Positions 17,220 to 28,261 of a DNA stretch of 51,903 bases are shown here, one piece after another. Made by a program: the position numbers and the translations under genes. The notes beneath the pieces were generated by a model. The model searched no databases. It had not been told where the DNA came from and saw nothing but the letters and a program-made list of their open reading frames with translations. Source of the stretch: Saprospiraceae bacterium. GTDB lineage: Bacteria; Bacteroidota; Bacteroidia; Chitinophagales; Saprospiraceae. How positions within the stretch are numbered: position 1 is the stretch's first letter; each line of letters starts with the position of its first letter. The DNA lies in the NCBI GenBank assembly GCA_026985735.1, contig JALSPW010000069.1, forward strand, positions 1 to 51,903. Direction: 5' to 3'.

Positions 17220-20200
17220 TTAAAACGATATTTTAGTGAATTTCATAATATACCTATCTCCTGAAGTTTTCACTAAAAGTTCATAAATACCATTTTTCAA
17301 CATATCCAACTGTATTTCCCGATGAACTTTTTTATTAGCTTGTACTTGTATGGATTCTTGCTTATACAATATCTGCCCTTTTAAATCCATAATAAAAATG
17401 GATATGTCATCGCCCTTTGCGCTAACAAATTTAAAGTTCAAAACACTTTCTACCGGATTAGGAAATATGCTCATTCCTGCTTTTTTATTAACATCCACCA
17501 GTATCTCATTACTGAAATTATTTGAACTATCAACTTTTACTGCAGCAATTTTGTATTTGTATGTTCCTACACGGGTAATATCATAGTCTTTTAACTGATA
17601 AGAATTAACCTCAGACTTATTTGAATTAATCGAATTTATAATCATATCAAGTTCTTCTTCGCCAAAACCTTTAAAAACTTCATAGTACTCTACAGATTCG
17701 TCATGGGCTGTATTCCACCATATCAAATTATAGTCATCGATATTTTGCCCTCCTACTCCATTCCATTTTAAACCGTTTTGATTTTGATATATATATCCTG
17801 CATCGACATGCCCAAGCGAATCATTTTCTAAGTCAATATAAGAAGTCGTATTTGCTCCATTATCATCAGTCACATCGGAATCGACATCATCATTACCTGC
17901 ATTAGGATTTGTAAATATATAATTTGAAGGTAAATAAAACCACAAATAATAATTATCCTCTACCAAATCCTCAAAATGATATTCTCCGTTATTATCCGTT
18001 ACCGTTGTCCCGACAAGACCTGAATTATTGTATAGTTCTACTGTAATATTGGAAAATAATTCTTCATTGGAATCCCTAACTCCATTTTCATTCTCATCTT
18101 TCCATGTCGTTCCGGATATGTTATAAACAGGAAAATACCCCCCGTCCAAATTGTCTGTAAACTGTCCTGACGTCAAGGTGAAAACAGCAGATGTATTATC
18201 ACCATTTGAGTCATCTATATCACTATCAATATTTTCGTCATTTCCAACATTAGGAGTAACATGAATCATCCCTGTATTTTCAATTCCGGAAAATTCGACA
18301 TAATATTCTCCCGGATTGGTACAGAATGACCAATAACCATCTCCACAAGTAGATGCCGGCTTATATGATGTTACAACTTGATCCCACAATAACCAGTTAC
18401 CATTATCATTCCTCCATAAGTTTACCGTTACGCCATTTATACCGGCTTCTCCTACCGTATAAACATCATCACGAACATGATCTCTCCATAACAAATCTCC
18501 AATGGTAGCGCACCTATACAATCCGGCATCCCAACTCAAATCATCTTCACCTGGCCCTATATTTACAACTTCTGTAGTATTTTCCCCGTTAAATTGATCA
18601 AAATCACTATCGATAGAATCATCCATAGATTTATCTGATAAAGTAACATCATATCCTTCAGGCGGTATAATCTTAAGGTAATAATCTCCGGGCACCAACT
18701 TATCAAATAAATATTTACCGTTTGCTTCGGTAAAAGTATTGGTTTTATATACAAAAACATTATTTTCCCAATGATATAATTTTAATTCCACATTCGCCAA
18801 TGGCGGTTCATCCGCTTGCTGCAATCCATCCCCATTCATATCTTCCCATACATAATCTCCAAGAGAACCAAAATACAAAAGACCCGCATCATAAGTCCTG
18901 TTATCTTCATTGCTATTCAATGCAACACAAACTGTAGTCCCTGACAAATAATCAACATCACTGTCTATATCATCTTCTCCTGCATCTTGTATCGTAAATG
19001 AATAATCCTGTGGAGCAAAAAATTTCAAAGCATATTCACCTGGTATGAGTCCATCAAACAAATATTTTCCTGCTGCATCAGAATATTGAATCGATAAATC
19101 GTTTCCTTCGCAATCCTGAAGAACAACTTTTACATTTTCAAATCCGGGTTCATTGTCATCTTGTATACCGTTACCATCTTCATCCAACCAAATATAGTCT
19201 CCTATCTTAGCATATCTATAGATACCAGCGTCATAAGTGAAATTATTCTCACCGCTTATCAATTCCTCGCATACAGTAAAACCCGTAACAATATTAGCAT
19301 CACTATCACTATCATCATCAGTGCTATCCTGAACAGAAAAATAATAGTTATCGGGAAGAACAAATTTTATTTTATATTCTCCCGGTTTCAAACTATCAAA
19401 AAGATATTTTCCCAATGCATCCGTGACTTTTGTATCAAGTAATAAATCAGCGCAAGAATACAATTCCACTGTAGCATTTGCCACACCTTGTTCACCGGAA
19501 TCTTGTATCCCGTTTGCATTCATATCTTCCCATACTCTATCACCAATACTTGCTCTTCTGTATAAACCAATATCATAACTATGATTTTTTTCTCCGCTTT
19601 CCAAAAATTCACATATACTATATCCCGAACTTTCTATATCCGAATCGGATTCATCACCGGTAGTATTTGCGTCAGACAAATAATAATCCTGTGGAATTAT
19701 TACTGATATTGTATATTCACCCGGTTTTAAATTTTCAAATAAATAATGCCCTGTACTATCGGTAATAAGAGTATCCAAGGGATTACCTTGACAATCATTC
19801 AGTATTACCTCAACACCAGACAATCCCGGCTCTCCCGTATCTTGCACTCCATTTGCATTCATATCTTCCCATACAAAATCCCCTAATTCTGCCGGCACAT
19901 ATACCCCGGCATCAAAATCAGTGAAATTGTCACCACTTACTAAAGTTTTGCAATCGGTCAAGCTGCTAGCCGAATTTACATCACTATCTTTACTGTCATC
20001 AATGCCAGCATCTTTATTTACAAATCTCATTGAATCCGGAAGAATAAATTTCAATCGATAACTTCCCGGTTTTAGACCTGTAAAATTATATTTTCCTTTT
20101 GAATCGGTATATGTCTTATCCATATATTGGCCATTGCAATCTTCAAGTTGAACTTCAAAACCCGCAATTCCTTTTTCCCCTGAATCTTGAATATCATTGC

Positions 20201-22553
20201 CGTTATTATCTACCCAAACAGTATCACCAATGGATGCAAACCTGTAAAATCCTGCATCTATCGTACTGTCTTTTTCATATTTTTGCAAATCTATTATTTC
20301 CGTGATACCGGTATTTTCATCTACATCACTATCGAAAATATCATCACCTACGTTTTTGGTTGTTGGCAAATAATTTTGTGGTTGAATAAATTTCACAAAA
20401 TACTGCCCCTGATGCAAACTATAAAAATAATAATTCCCTAAATCATCTGTATATGTCGTATCCAAAGGACTGTTTTGCCCATCATACAGAATCACCTCAA
20501 CATTTTTAATCGCCGGTTCATTTTGTTCTTGGATACCATTGGCATTCATATCTTCCCATACATAATCCCCTATCAGCCCGCAGTCTTTCTCTGCAACAGC
20601 AATCATAGTATCAGCCTGACATCCATTAGCATCATAAACCGTAACATAATACTGTCCTGCCGGAACATTTTGCAATTCACTACCGGTAGAACCATCACCC
20701 CAAACGAAACTATATGGTGGTTCTCCCCCTGTCGCAATAGCTGTAGCAGAACCGTCACTTTCAGCACAATTAGCAATTGTTGATGTTACATCTATTACGG
20801 GGACAGGATGCACTACTACATTTACAGATTTTTCGTCAGATGAACATAAGTTGACATCAGAAACTATCACAGAATAGAATGTACTTGCTTCAGGAGATAC
20901 TTTAATCGTAGCTGTAGTATCGCCAGTGTTCCATAAATAATGATACGGCTCAATCCCACCTGTTCCCTGTGCTGTGATTTCAATACTATCGCCTTTGCAC
21001 ATTTCAACAAAATCATCCAATAATATTTCAGGTTTGGGATTCACCACAACTCTCACTGTATCTGTAGAGGTACATCCGTAAGCATCAGTAGCGGTAACAT
21101 AATAAGTTGTAGTCTCTTTTGGGGAAACTTTATGTTTTTGTCCAAAACCAAGATTATGGTCCCATTCGTAACTTATTGCTTCTACACATTCAACATTGAC
21201 ATACAATTCCACCGTATCACCCAAACACATTTCCATATTATCGGGAATTGTCTTTAGCGGACAATCCGTAAACTTGCATAACCATATATCATCAAGTTTA
21301 AAATCCATAGATATATCCATGGAAGAAAACTCTATACATATCTCTGCTATATGATGCAAATCAACATTAACAGAATCAAATTTGGTGATAAAGACTTCCT
21401 TGTTAAAAAGAACAAAACCTCCCAATCCGGGAAGTTTTTCTTCAACTGACGTATAATTATTATTAATATCTCTCAATGTGATATTAACATCCAAAACCCC
21501 TTGATCTATCGCCAAATCTCTAAATCTAAAATAATCAAATTTCGTTACATCCAAATTCATTCCTGCACCATTATTATTATAACATAAACTTGTATACGAA
21601 CTAGTGCCAATATCATTACTATGTGAAAAACTAGCGTCATCGTATTTAATCTCCAAGGTCGCCGAATGTAAACCTGATAAGTAAGTCAATCCAACCTTTC
21701 TGTAATTTGAGATTATTCCCGTATCCGAATAATCCGTGAAATATTTTGGACCTGGATCAGCTTGTTTAACTTGAAGATATAATTTGCCATTACTACTACC
21801 TGAAAAAAAACCGTCTATTACTGTAATTCTTTCTTCACCAACCCCATTTTTCACTTTTAATGTAATCTCATTTTCCGCACTAAAACCCCATGCATCCGTC
21901 ACTGTGACACGATAGGTAGTAGTCGTAAATGGAGAAACTAATATATCCGGATTTTCCCCCAATCCATTATCCCAATTATATGTAAAAGGACTTTTTCCGA
22001 AATATGTTAAAGCTGTAAGATTCACATCCTGTCCTGCACAAATCACTTTATTATTACCTAAAAATACCTGTAGATTACCTTTATATCCACCTGTAATATT
22101 ATATAAATCCGTACCTGGATTAACAGTGAAAAAGTCTGAATATCCCGAAATATCTATATCGGAATCCAAGTCATCATTATTCCCTTTATCCTTATATGTA
22201 TACGTCAATCCGGCAAATCTGGAAAATTTAATTCTGTATTCCCCATTTGGTATATTACTGAAAACATAATTGCCATTCTGATCCGTTATACCTGTCGCAA
22301 TCAAATTGTTATGCTCATTGTATAAAATAAGACTGATTCCTCCAACAGGCACTTCCGTTGGACTTTTAATACCATTTTTATCATAATCAAGCCAAGTAAA
22401 TACCGAGATACTGGACAATGGAGCTAAATCCGGCGATGGATAAACTTTTTTTTCTGAAAACCCAAAACTACTAGTTATAAAAACAAACTGTAATAAAAAC
22501 AACAAATAATAAATTGATAAATATTTTAAGCCCGATAATATATTTTTCATCAT
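17220..22553 (-). CDS. Giant T9SS-secreted adhesin-like protein (1777 aa) with SdrD/Cna-B-like repeats, Ig-like Cys-containing repeats, an FN3-like domain and a T9SS CTD
   Basis: Signal peptide, then one N-terminal plus about 8 tandem modules of the form GDxVWxDxNxNGxQDxxExG...V.L...G..Y.F..L.PG.Y. Four repeats resemble SprB/PKD-like domains (C.G..v.L...PY.Y.W...tY.VtvtD..GC). The C-terminus is FPNPVESVLNFKF...GIYELLVK. Confidence 0.8.
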   Translation of the reverse strand: MMKNILSGLKYLSIYYLLFLLQFVFITSSFGFSEKKVYPSPDLAPLSSISVFTWLDYDKNGIKSPTEVPVGGISLILYNEHNNLIATGITDQNGNYVFSNIPNGEYRIKFSRFAGLTYTYKDKGNNDDLDSDIDISGYSDFFTVNPGTDLYNITGGYKGNLQVFLGNNKVICAGQDVNLTALTYFGKSPFTYNWDNGLGENPDILVSPFTTTTYRVTVTDAWGFSAENEITLKVKNGVGEERITVIDGFFSGSSNGKLYLQVKQADPGPKYFTDYSDTGIISNYRKVGLTYLSGLHSATLEIKYDDASFSHSNDIGTSSYTSLCYNNNGAGMNLDVTKFDYFRFRDLAIDQGVLDVNITLRDINNNYTSVEEKLPGLGGFVLFNKEVFITKFDSVNVDLHHIAEICIEFSSMDISMDFKLDDIWLCKFTDCPLKTIPDNMEMCLGDTVELYVNVECVEAISYEWDHNLGFGQKHKVSPKETTTYYVTATDAYGCTSTDTVRVVVNPKPEILLDDFVEMCKGDSIEITAQGTGGIEPYHYLWNTGDTTATIKVSPEASTFYSVIVSDVNLCSSDEKSVNVVVHPVPVIDVTSTIANCAESDGSATAIATGGEPPYSFVWGDGSTGSELQNVPAGQYYVTVYDANGCQADTMIAVAEKDCGLIGDYVWEDMNANGIQEQNEPAIKNVEVILYDGQNSPLDTTYTDDLGNYYFYSLHQGQYFVKFIQPQNYLPTTKNVGDDIFDSDVDENTGITEIIDLQKYEKDSTIDAGFYRFASIGDTVWVDNNGNDIQDSGEKGIAGFEVQLEDCNGQYMDKTYTDSKGKYNFTGLKPGSYRLKFILPDSMRFVNKDAGIDDSKDSDVNSASSLTDCKTLVSGDNFTDFDAGVYVPAELGDFVWEDMNANGVQDTGEPGLSGVEVILNDCQGNPLDTLITDSTGHYLFENLKPGEYTISVIIPQDYYLSDANTTGDESDSDIESSGYSICEFLESGEKNHSYDIGLYRRASIGDRVWEDMNANGIQDSGEQGVANATVELYSCADLLLDTKVTDALGKYLFDSLKPGEYKIKFVLPDNYYFSVQDSTDDDSDSDANIVTGFTVCEELISGENNFTYDAGIYRYAKIGDYIWLDEDGNGIQDDNEPGFENVKVVLQDCEGNDLSIQYSDAAGKYLFDGLIPGEYALKFFAPQDYSFTIQDAGEDDIDSDVDYLSGTTVCVALNSNEDNRTYDAGLLYFGSLGDYVWEDMNGDGLQQADEPPLANVELKLYHWENNVFVYKTNTFTEANGKYLFDKLVPGDYYLKIIPPEGYDVTLSDKSMDDSIDSDFDQFNGENTTEVVNIGPGEDDLSWDAGLYRCATIGDLLWRDHVRDDVYTVGEAGINGVTVNLWRNDNGNWLLWDQVVTSYKPASTCGDGYWSFCTNPGEYYVEFSGIENTGMIHVTPNVGNDENIDSDIDDSNGDNTSAVFTLTSGQFTDNLDGGYFPVYNISGTTWKDENENGVRDSNEELFSNITVELYNNSGLVGTTVTDNNGEYHFEDLVEDNYYLWFYLPSNYIFTNPNAGNDDVDSDVTDDNGANTTSYIDLENDSLGHVDAGYIYQNQNGLKWNGVGGQNIDDYNLIWWNTAHDESVEYYEVFKGFGEEELDMIINSINSNKSEVNSYQLKDYDITRVGTYKYKIAAVKVDSSNNFSNEILVDVNKKAGMSIFPNPVESVLNFKFVSAKGDDISIFIMDLKGQILYKQESIQVQANKKVHREIQLDMLKNGIYELLVKTSGDRYIMKFTKISF

Positions 22554-22707
22554 AAATCCATTAATCTAATTAAAAAAGATTATTTAAGTTTAAATAGTAT
22601 CCGCATAAAATACAATTTACTATTTCAATAAAACACTTTATCCCCAATGTTAATGCCCAAAAATCATACCAAAAATCCAGAGTAATGTATTAACAAAAAA
22701 GTATCTT

Positions 22708-22743
22708 AATAAAAAAGCACTTCTTCTCTATAGAAAAAGTGCT
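22708..22743 (-). terminator. Rho-independent terminator after the lipoprotein gene
   Basis: AGCACTT (22716-22722) pairs with AAGTGCT (22737-22743). A T-run follows on the minus strand, 29 nt past the stop. Confidence 0.55.
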
Positions 22744-22771
22744 CTTAATATTATTAACTATATTTTTGATT

Positions 22772-23947
22772 TTATTTCAATTTATTCTTTATTTGCTCCA
22801 ATAGCATATTTTTCAAATCCCCAACTGCCATCATCAGCAATTCTCCATTAGGAGGAAAAGGCTCAGGATACGATCTCAACCTATCTTTTGTTTCTTTTGA
22901 CAAAGCACGTTTATCTCCTTCAAACCTTGAAGCATAAGATTCAAAAGCCGCATCAACATTGACAGGAACCGATTTATAATTTGTTTTCCTATTAAGATCT
23001 TTAATAACAATATCTCCACGTACGGATGCGATTTTAGTCCTGTACAATTCAAATACTTTGGCTTTAGCGATAATATACCTTTCTTCTTTTATATCATTCC
23101 CCAGAGAATCTTTTTTAACATTCCCATCTTTATCGTACAAGTATGTAAAACCGTCTTTCACTTTTCGCGTTTCCTCATATTCTCTTTCTTTTTCTCTTTC
23201 CGGACTTATAACAATTTCTTTAATATTCAAATTGACAATATAATCAAAATCATCAGTTGGTCTATCTTCTTTAGTATAAAATTTCAACCACATTCGGTTC
23301 AAATCCTGAGTATTGATATTTTTTACATCCTTGTAAAATTCCTTGGGAAGAATAATATTCGAATAATTCTTTACATCAATTAAAACATTATCTTGTCCCA
23401 ATTCATACGCTTTTTGCTTTAACAGGACTACATCTTTATAATTGGATTTGTATTTTTTAATTTCATCCAATGCTCCAAAAGCTTTTCTAGCTGCTATTTT
23501 ATCCCCTTTTTCAGCATCCCTAATCAATCTTTGAGCTGTTTTATATAAATAACCGGCAGCATTATTTTCAGATTCTATTAACAACGGCTCCACCCTTACA
23601 AATTTAAACTTAGCTTGATAGCCATCCTCACTTTTGAGAGGTAACAAAGGTGATATACTTTTTTGTCGATTATCTATATTCATCACTATATCAAATATTT
23701 CTCCCCAATAATTACCATCTTTTTGTTCTTTTAAAAATGTAATTTTATTCATATCTCTTTGAGTAACTTTTGCAAAGGCCTTTTCTAAAGCCACAACATA
23801 TTTGCGTTTTTTCTTTTTCTTCCCTTGCAACTTCCTTATTGAATATGTAATAGCTTTATCATATTCCCCTTTCTCCACCATTTTTCTAACTGAACTACAC
23901 GAGGTGGCAACAATAATAATCGAAATTAATAATAATAGATTTTTCAT
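22772..23947 (-). CDS. Hypothetical lipoprotein
   Basis: The ATG at 23947 gives MKNLLLLISIIIVATSC (signal peptide plus lipobox Cys). The rest is charged and helical, and I recognise no catalytic motif. Confidence 0.6.
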   Translation of the reverse strand: MKNLLLLISIIIVATSCSSVRKMVEKGEYDKAITYSIRKLQGKKKKKRKYVVALEKAFAKVTQRDMNKITFLKEQKDGNYWGEIFDIVMNIDNRQKSISPLLPLKSEDGYQAKFKFVRVEPLLIESENNAAGYLYKTAQRLIRDAEKGDKIAARKAFGALDEIKKYKSNYKDVVLLKQKAYELGQDNVLIDVKNYSNIILPKEFYKDVKNINTQDLNRMWLKFYTKEDRPTDDFDYIVNLNIKEIVISPEREKEREYEETRKVKDGFTYLYDKDGNVKKDSLGNDIKEERYIIAKAKVFELYRTKIASVRGDIVIKDLNRKTNYKSVPVNVDAAFESYASRFEGDKRALSKETKDRLRSYPEPFPPNGELLMMAVGDLKNMLLEQIKNKLK

Positions 23948-24253
23948 TTTAAATATTTTTCGTTTAATAATACTATTGAGTCCCAAAAACCGACATTAGT
24001 TACAAAATTAATAATTTTTAACTCAAATCTTAATAAAAAGTTAATTTTAAATAAACAAAGTAATAGTTACTACATAGATTCAGGAAACAATTTAATCTTT
24101 TTTTATATAACACTTAATTTTTTTTATTGAGTTAAAAGTATGGAAACCGGTCTGTATTTAAAGTAGTTAAATTTAAAAGTTTTATGGACGGGCACTAAGT
24201 TGTATAATAATTATTTTATACACCCAAAGTTATAATATTTTAATAAAAAATTG

Positions 24254-24261
24254 TAATTTTG
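24254..24261 (+). promoter_or_regulatory. Bacteroidota -7 promoter box (TAnnTTTG) for gyrA
   Basis: TAATTTTG ends 28 nt upstream of the gyrA ATG and matches the established Bacteroidota sigma-A -7 consensus. Confidence 0.5.
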
Positions 24262-24289
24262 CAGTTCTTTTTAAGTAGTAAAGAAATAT

Positions 24290-26767
24290 ATGGAGAATAA
24301 TGATAGAATAATTCCGGTTAGAATAGAAGACCAAATGAAGTCTGCTTATATTGATTACTCTATGTCGGTAATCGTTTCAAGAGCACTTCCTGATGTCAGG
24401 GATGGATTAAAACCGGTACATCGAAGAGTACTTTATGGTATGTATGAATTAGGGTTATCTCACAACAAACCTTATAAGAAATCTGCAAGAATAGTTGGAG
24501 AGGTTCTGGGTAAATATCATCCTCATGGTGATTCATCTGTATATGATGCTATGGTTAGGATGGCTCAACCTTGGTCATTGAGATATCCTTTGGTTCAAGG
24601 ACAAGGTAACTTTGGTTCGATGGATGGTGATAGTCCTGCTGCAATGAGATATACAGAAGCAAGGCTAACAAAAATAGCCGAAGAAATATTAGCGGATATT
24701 AAAAAAGATACTGTTGATTTTCAAGGCAATTTTGATGATAGCTTGAAAGAGCCAACTGTTATGCCATCTAGGATACCGAATCTTTTAATCAACGGGGCAT
24801 CCGGCATTGCAGTAGGAATGGCAACCAATATGCTTCCTCATAATTTGACTGAAATAATTGACGGTACTATTGCTACTGTTGACAATCCTGACATTACAGT
24901 AGATGAAATAATGCAATTTGTTAAAGGACCCGATTTCCCAACAGGAGGTATAATTCACGGTTATGACGGAATTCTCGATGCTTTTAAAACTGGTAAAGGA
25001 AGAATAGTAGTTAGAGGCAAAGCTGAAATTGAAGAAACAATTACAGGTAAAGAAAAAATTATCATAACGGAAATTCCATATCAGGTAAATAAAGCCAATC
25101 TTGTAAGTAAAATAGCAGATTTGGTTCATGCCGGTATAATAACGGGCATTTCCAATGTAAATGATGAAAGTGACAGAAAAGGAATGAGAATAGTAGTTGA
25201 CGTTAAAAAAGACGCGATGGCACAAGTCATCCTAAGTCAACTTTACAAATACACTTTACTGCAAACTTCTTATACTGTTAATAATATCGTTCTGGTAAAT
25301 GGAAGACCACGCCAACTGAATTTAATTGAAATCATTAAAGAATTTATTAAATTCAGAATTGAAGTTATTGTCAGAAGAACAAAATTTGAATTAAAAAAAG
25401 CTGAAGACAGGGCGCATATACTTGAAGGCCTTTTAATTGCTTTACATAATATTGATGAAGTAATAAAAACAATAAGAGCATCAAAAACTGTTGATGAAGC
25501 CAGTAATAAACTTCAACAAAATTTTAAATTAACTGAAATACAGGCTAAAGCAATTCTGGATATGAGATTGCAAAAACTGGTAAGCCTGGAAATACATAAA
25601 ATTCAAGAAGAGTATGATGAGTTGTTAAAAACAATTGAACAACTAAAATTCATACTTGAAAATGAAGATAAACAAAAGGAAATAGTAAAAGAAGAATTAG
25701 AAGAAGTTAAAGAAAAATACGGAGATGATAGAAGAACAAAAATAGAATTTGCAGAAGGAGAAATTAATATTGAAGATATTATTCCTAACCATAAAGTTGT
25801 AGTAACCATCTCTCATCTCGGATACATCAAGAGGACAAATATTGTTGAATACAAACCCCAAAGCAGAGGAGGTAAAGGTTCACGAGGAGTAAAAACAAGG
25901 GAATCCGATTTCATTGAACACATGATGATAGCAAAAAATCATGATTATTTATTGCTATTTACAGAAAAAGGCCGTTGTTACTGGTTAAGAGTATTTGAAA
26001 TACCGGAAGGTTCGAAAACAAGTACAGGCAGAGTTATCCGGAACCTAATAAACATTCCTAAAGAAGATAAAGTAAAAGCTTATATTCCTGTCAGTAATCT
26101 AAAAGATGAGGAATTCTTAAAAAACACATATCTTGTTTTTGGAACCAAGAAAGGAAAAATTAAAAAAACAAGTCTTAAATCTTTTTCACGACCTCGTTCA
26201 AATGGTATAAATGCTATTACTATTAATGAAGGAGATCAATTGCTGGAAGTGAGGATGACAAATGGAGAAAATCATATTGTGGTAGCAAATGACAGAGGAT
26301 ATGCTATCAGATTTCCTGAATCCAAAGTTAGAGCTATGGGAAGGAATGCAGCAGGAGTGAAAGCTATGTCTCTGAAAGAAAATTCAAACGTAATCGGTTT
26401 TATTATTATCAAAAGTGATGAATCCGAAAAAACCATTTTAGTATTATCAGAAAAAGGGATGGGTAAAAGATCTGCGCTGGAAGACTATAGAATTACAAAC
26501 AGAGGTGGAAAAGGTGTTAAAACCATGCAAATTACTGAAAAGACAGGCAATCTTATCGCCATAAAAACCGTCACGGATTATGATGAATTGATTATTACTA
26601 CTAAAAATGGTGTGGTAATCAGAACTCCTGTTGACTCTGTAAGAGTTATGGGTAGAGCTACTCAAGGAGTGAAAATTATTAATCTTGACTCAAAAGATAA
26701 AATAGCTGATATATCTGTTATTTTCGGAGATAAAGATAATAAAGAAAATATTGATGAAGAAGAATAA
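24290..26767 (+). CDS. gyrA: DNA gyrase subunit A
   Basis: The quinolone-resistance-determining region [20 protein letters not shown], the catalytic Tyr in [10 protein letters not shown], and C-terminal beta-pinwheel repeats. The positions equivalent to E. coli Ser83 and Asp87 are Ser and Asp, as in wild type. Confidence 0.97.
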   Translation: MENNDRIIPVRIEDQMKSAYIDYSMSVIVSRALPDVRDGLKPVHRRVLYGMYELGLSHNKPYKKSARIVGEVLGKYHPHGDSSVYDAMVRMAQPWSLRYPLVQGQGNFGSMDGDSPAAMRYTEARLTKIAEEILADIKKDTVDFQGNFDDSLKEPTVMPSRIPNLLINGASGIAVGMATNMLPHNLTEIIDGTIATVDNPDITVDEIMQFVKGPDFPTGGIIHGYDGILDAFKTGKGRIVVRGKAEIEETITGKEKIIITEIPYQVNKANLVSKIADLVHAGIITGISNVNDESDRKGMRIVVDVKKDAMAQVILSQLYKYTLLQTSYTVNNIVLVNGRPRQLNLIEIIKEFIKFRIEVIVRRTKFELKKAEDRAHILEGLLIALHNIDEVIKTIRASKTVDEASNKLQQNFKLTEIQAKAILDMRLQKLVSLEIHKIQEEYDELLKTIEQLKFILENEDKQKEIVKEELEEVKEKYGDDRRTKIEFAEGEINIEDIIPNHKVVVTISHLGYIKRTNIVEYKPQSRGGKGSRGVKTRESDFIEHMMIAKNHDYLLLFTEKGRCYWLRVFEIPEGSKTSTGRVIRNLINIPKEDKVKAYIPVSNLKDEEFLKNTYLVFGTKKGKIKKTSLKSFSRPRSNGINAITINEGDQLLEVRMTNGENHIVVANDRGYAIRFPESKVRAMGRNAAGVKAMSLKENSNVIGFIIIKSDESEKTILVLSEKGMGKRSALEDYRITNRGGKGVKTMQITEKTGNLIAIKTVTDYDELIITTKNGVVIRTPVDSVRVMGRATQGVKIINLDSKDKIADISVIFGDKDNKENIDEEE

Positions 26768-26896
26768 ATTTAAAATAATGGAACTTAATGATTAAATATA
26801 AAAACGTTAACATTTTATTAAGATACTTTAAATATTGTGTTTCGTCTTAAAATTGTAGATTTAAATTAATTATAATAAAACAGAAATTAAGCAAAT

Positions 26897-28204
26897 ATGA
26901 AAAAACTATTGTTAATCTTTATGGGAATGACTTTAGCATTCGGTACGATAAATGCACAAAGTCCTAAATCAATTTACAAGAAAGCTAAAAAGTTATTAAG
27001 CAATTATTATTTCAACCCCGGAGAAAATGAAAAGAATTTATATGAAGCCGGAGATTTAATAAATCAAGCATTACAAGACTCGGTAATGGCATCGGAAAGA
27101 AAGGTATGGATTGTAAAAGGAAAAATTTTCAATGAACTGGCTAATAATGAAGTCAAAAAGAAAATTTTAGACCCCAATTATAAAATCGAACATCCGGACG
27201 CTGCCATCAATGCTTTTGATGCATTAGCCACAGCTTATGAAAAATGCACAAAATCAAGACATAAAAAGGAAGTATTAAAACTACTTCAGGAGACTGAAAA
27301 TCATTTAAATAATATCGCAGCATATCAATTCCAAGATAAAAATTATTCTGGTGCTTTTGATAATTTCGTGAGAACATGTAAAGCTTACCACTTATTTAAA
27401 GATGCAGGTAAAGAAGCGGATAGCAGACTTGCAGATCCTAAATTGAGAAGTGAGCAAAAACTATATACCGGTTATGCTGCATATTATGGCGGCAAAAAAG
27501 ATAAAGCTGAACATTTTTTCAAAGAATTAGTAGAGAATGGTACAGATCAACCTTTTGTTTATGAAGCTTTATACAATATCTATAATGAAAAAGGTAATAA
27601 AGATGAAGCTGTAAAATATCTTGATGAAGGAAGAAAAAAATTCCCTGATGATACCGGATTGCTTTTCGCTGAAATAAATTATTATATCAAAGAAGGAAAA
27701 TTAGATGTTTTAACCGATAAATTAAAAAAAGCAATTGAACTTGACCCAAACAATGTTACAGTATACACAACTTTAGGAAGTGTTTATGATCAATTACATA
27801 CTAAAGCTTTTGAAGAAGGTGACAGTGCAAAAACAAAAGAATATTTTGATCTTGCCATGAAGTATTTCACAAAGGCGCAAGAAATAGATCCTAATAATTT
27901 TGACGCAACTTATAGCATAGGGGCATTATATTACAACTCTGCTGCTAATTACACTAAAGAAATCAATAAATATGCTAATGATTTTTCAGCAACAGGAACC
28001 AAAAAATATGATGAATTAAAAGCTCAGATGTTAAGTCTGTTTGATAAAGCTCTCCCATATTTTGAAAAAGCTTATTCGATAAATAATCAAGATCTTGGCG
28101 TACTGCAGGCTCTAAGTGAGATATATGCCAGAAAAGATATGCTGGATAAAGCAAAATTCTATAGGGAAAAATTGCAAAAAGCAAAGGAATCTCAAGCTAA
28201 ATAA
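26897..28204 (+). CDS. Secreted TPR-repeat protein
   Basis: Signal peptide MKKLLLIFMGMTLAFGTINAQ, helical repeats of TPR type (e.g. AIELDPNNVTVYTTLGSVY, AQEIDPNNFDATYSIGALY). Confidence 0.7.
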   Translation: MKKLLLIFMGMTLAFGTINAQSPKSIYKKAKKLLSNYYFNPGENEKNLYEAGDLINQALQDSVMASERKVWIVKGKIFNELANNEVKKKILDPNYKIEHPDAAINAFDALATAYEKCTKSRHKKEVLKLLQETENHLNNIAAYQFQDKNYSGAFDNFVRTCKAYHLFKDAGKEADSRLADPKLRSEQKLYTGYAAYYGGKKDKAEHFFKELVENGTDQPFVYEALYNIYNEKGNKDEAVKYLDEGRKKFPDDTGLLFAEINYYIKEGKLDVLTDKLKKAIELDPNNVTVYTTLGSVYDQLHTKAFEEGDSAKTKEYFDLAMKYFTKAQEIDPNNFDATYSIGALYYNSAANYTKEINKYANDFSATGTKKYDELKAQMLSLFDKALPYFEKAYSINNQDLGVLQALSEIYARKDMLDKAKFYREKLQKAKESQAK

Positions 28205-28227
28205 TCAAAATAAATTGTAACCATAAT

Positions 28228-28261
28228 AAAAAAAAGCTGTCAATCGACAGCTTTTTTTTTA
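28228..28261. terminator. Bidirectional Rho-independent terminator between convergent genes
   Basis: An A-run, then AGCTGTC (28235-28241), loop AATC, GACAGCT (28246-28252), then a T-run. The T-run overlaps the stop codon of the minus-strand TPM gene. Confidence 0.75.

Noticed and set aside
17778-20579. Regularly spaced DNA repeats of about 330-350 bp could suggest a repeat array or CRISPR-like structure.
   Set aside because: The periodicity is fully explained by in-frame SdrD/Cna-B-like protein modules within one uninterrupted 1777-codon ORF. The repeats are far longer than CRISPR repeats, and no cas genes are present.
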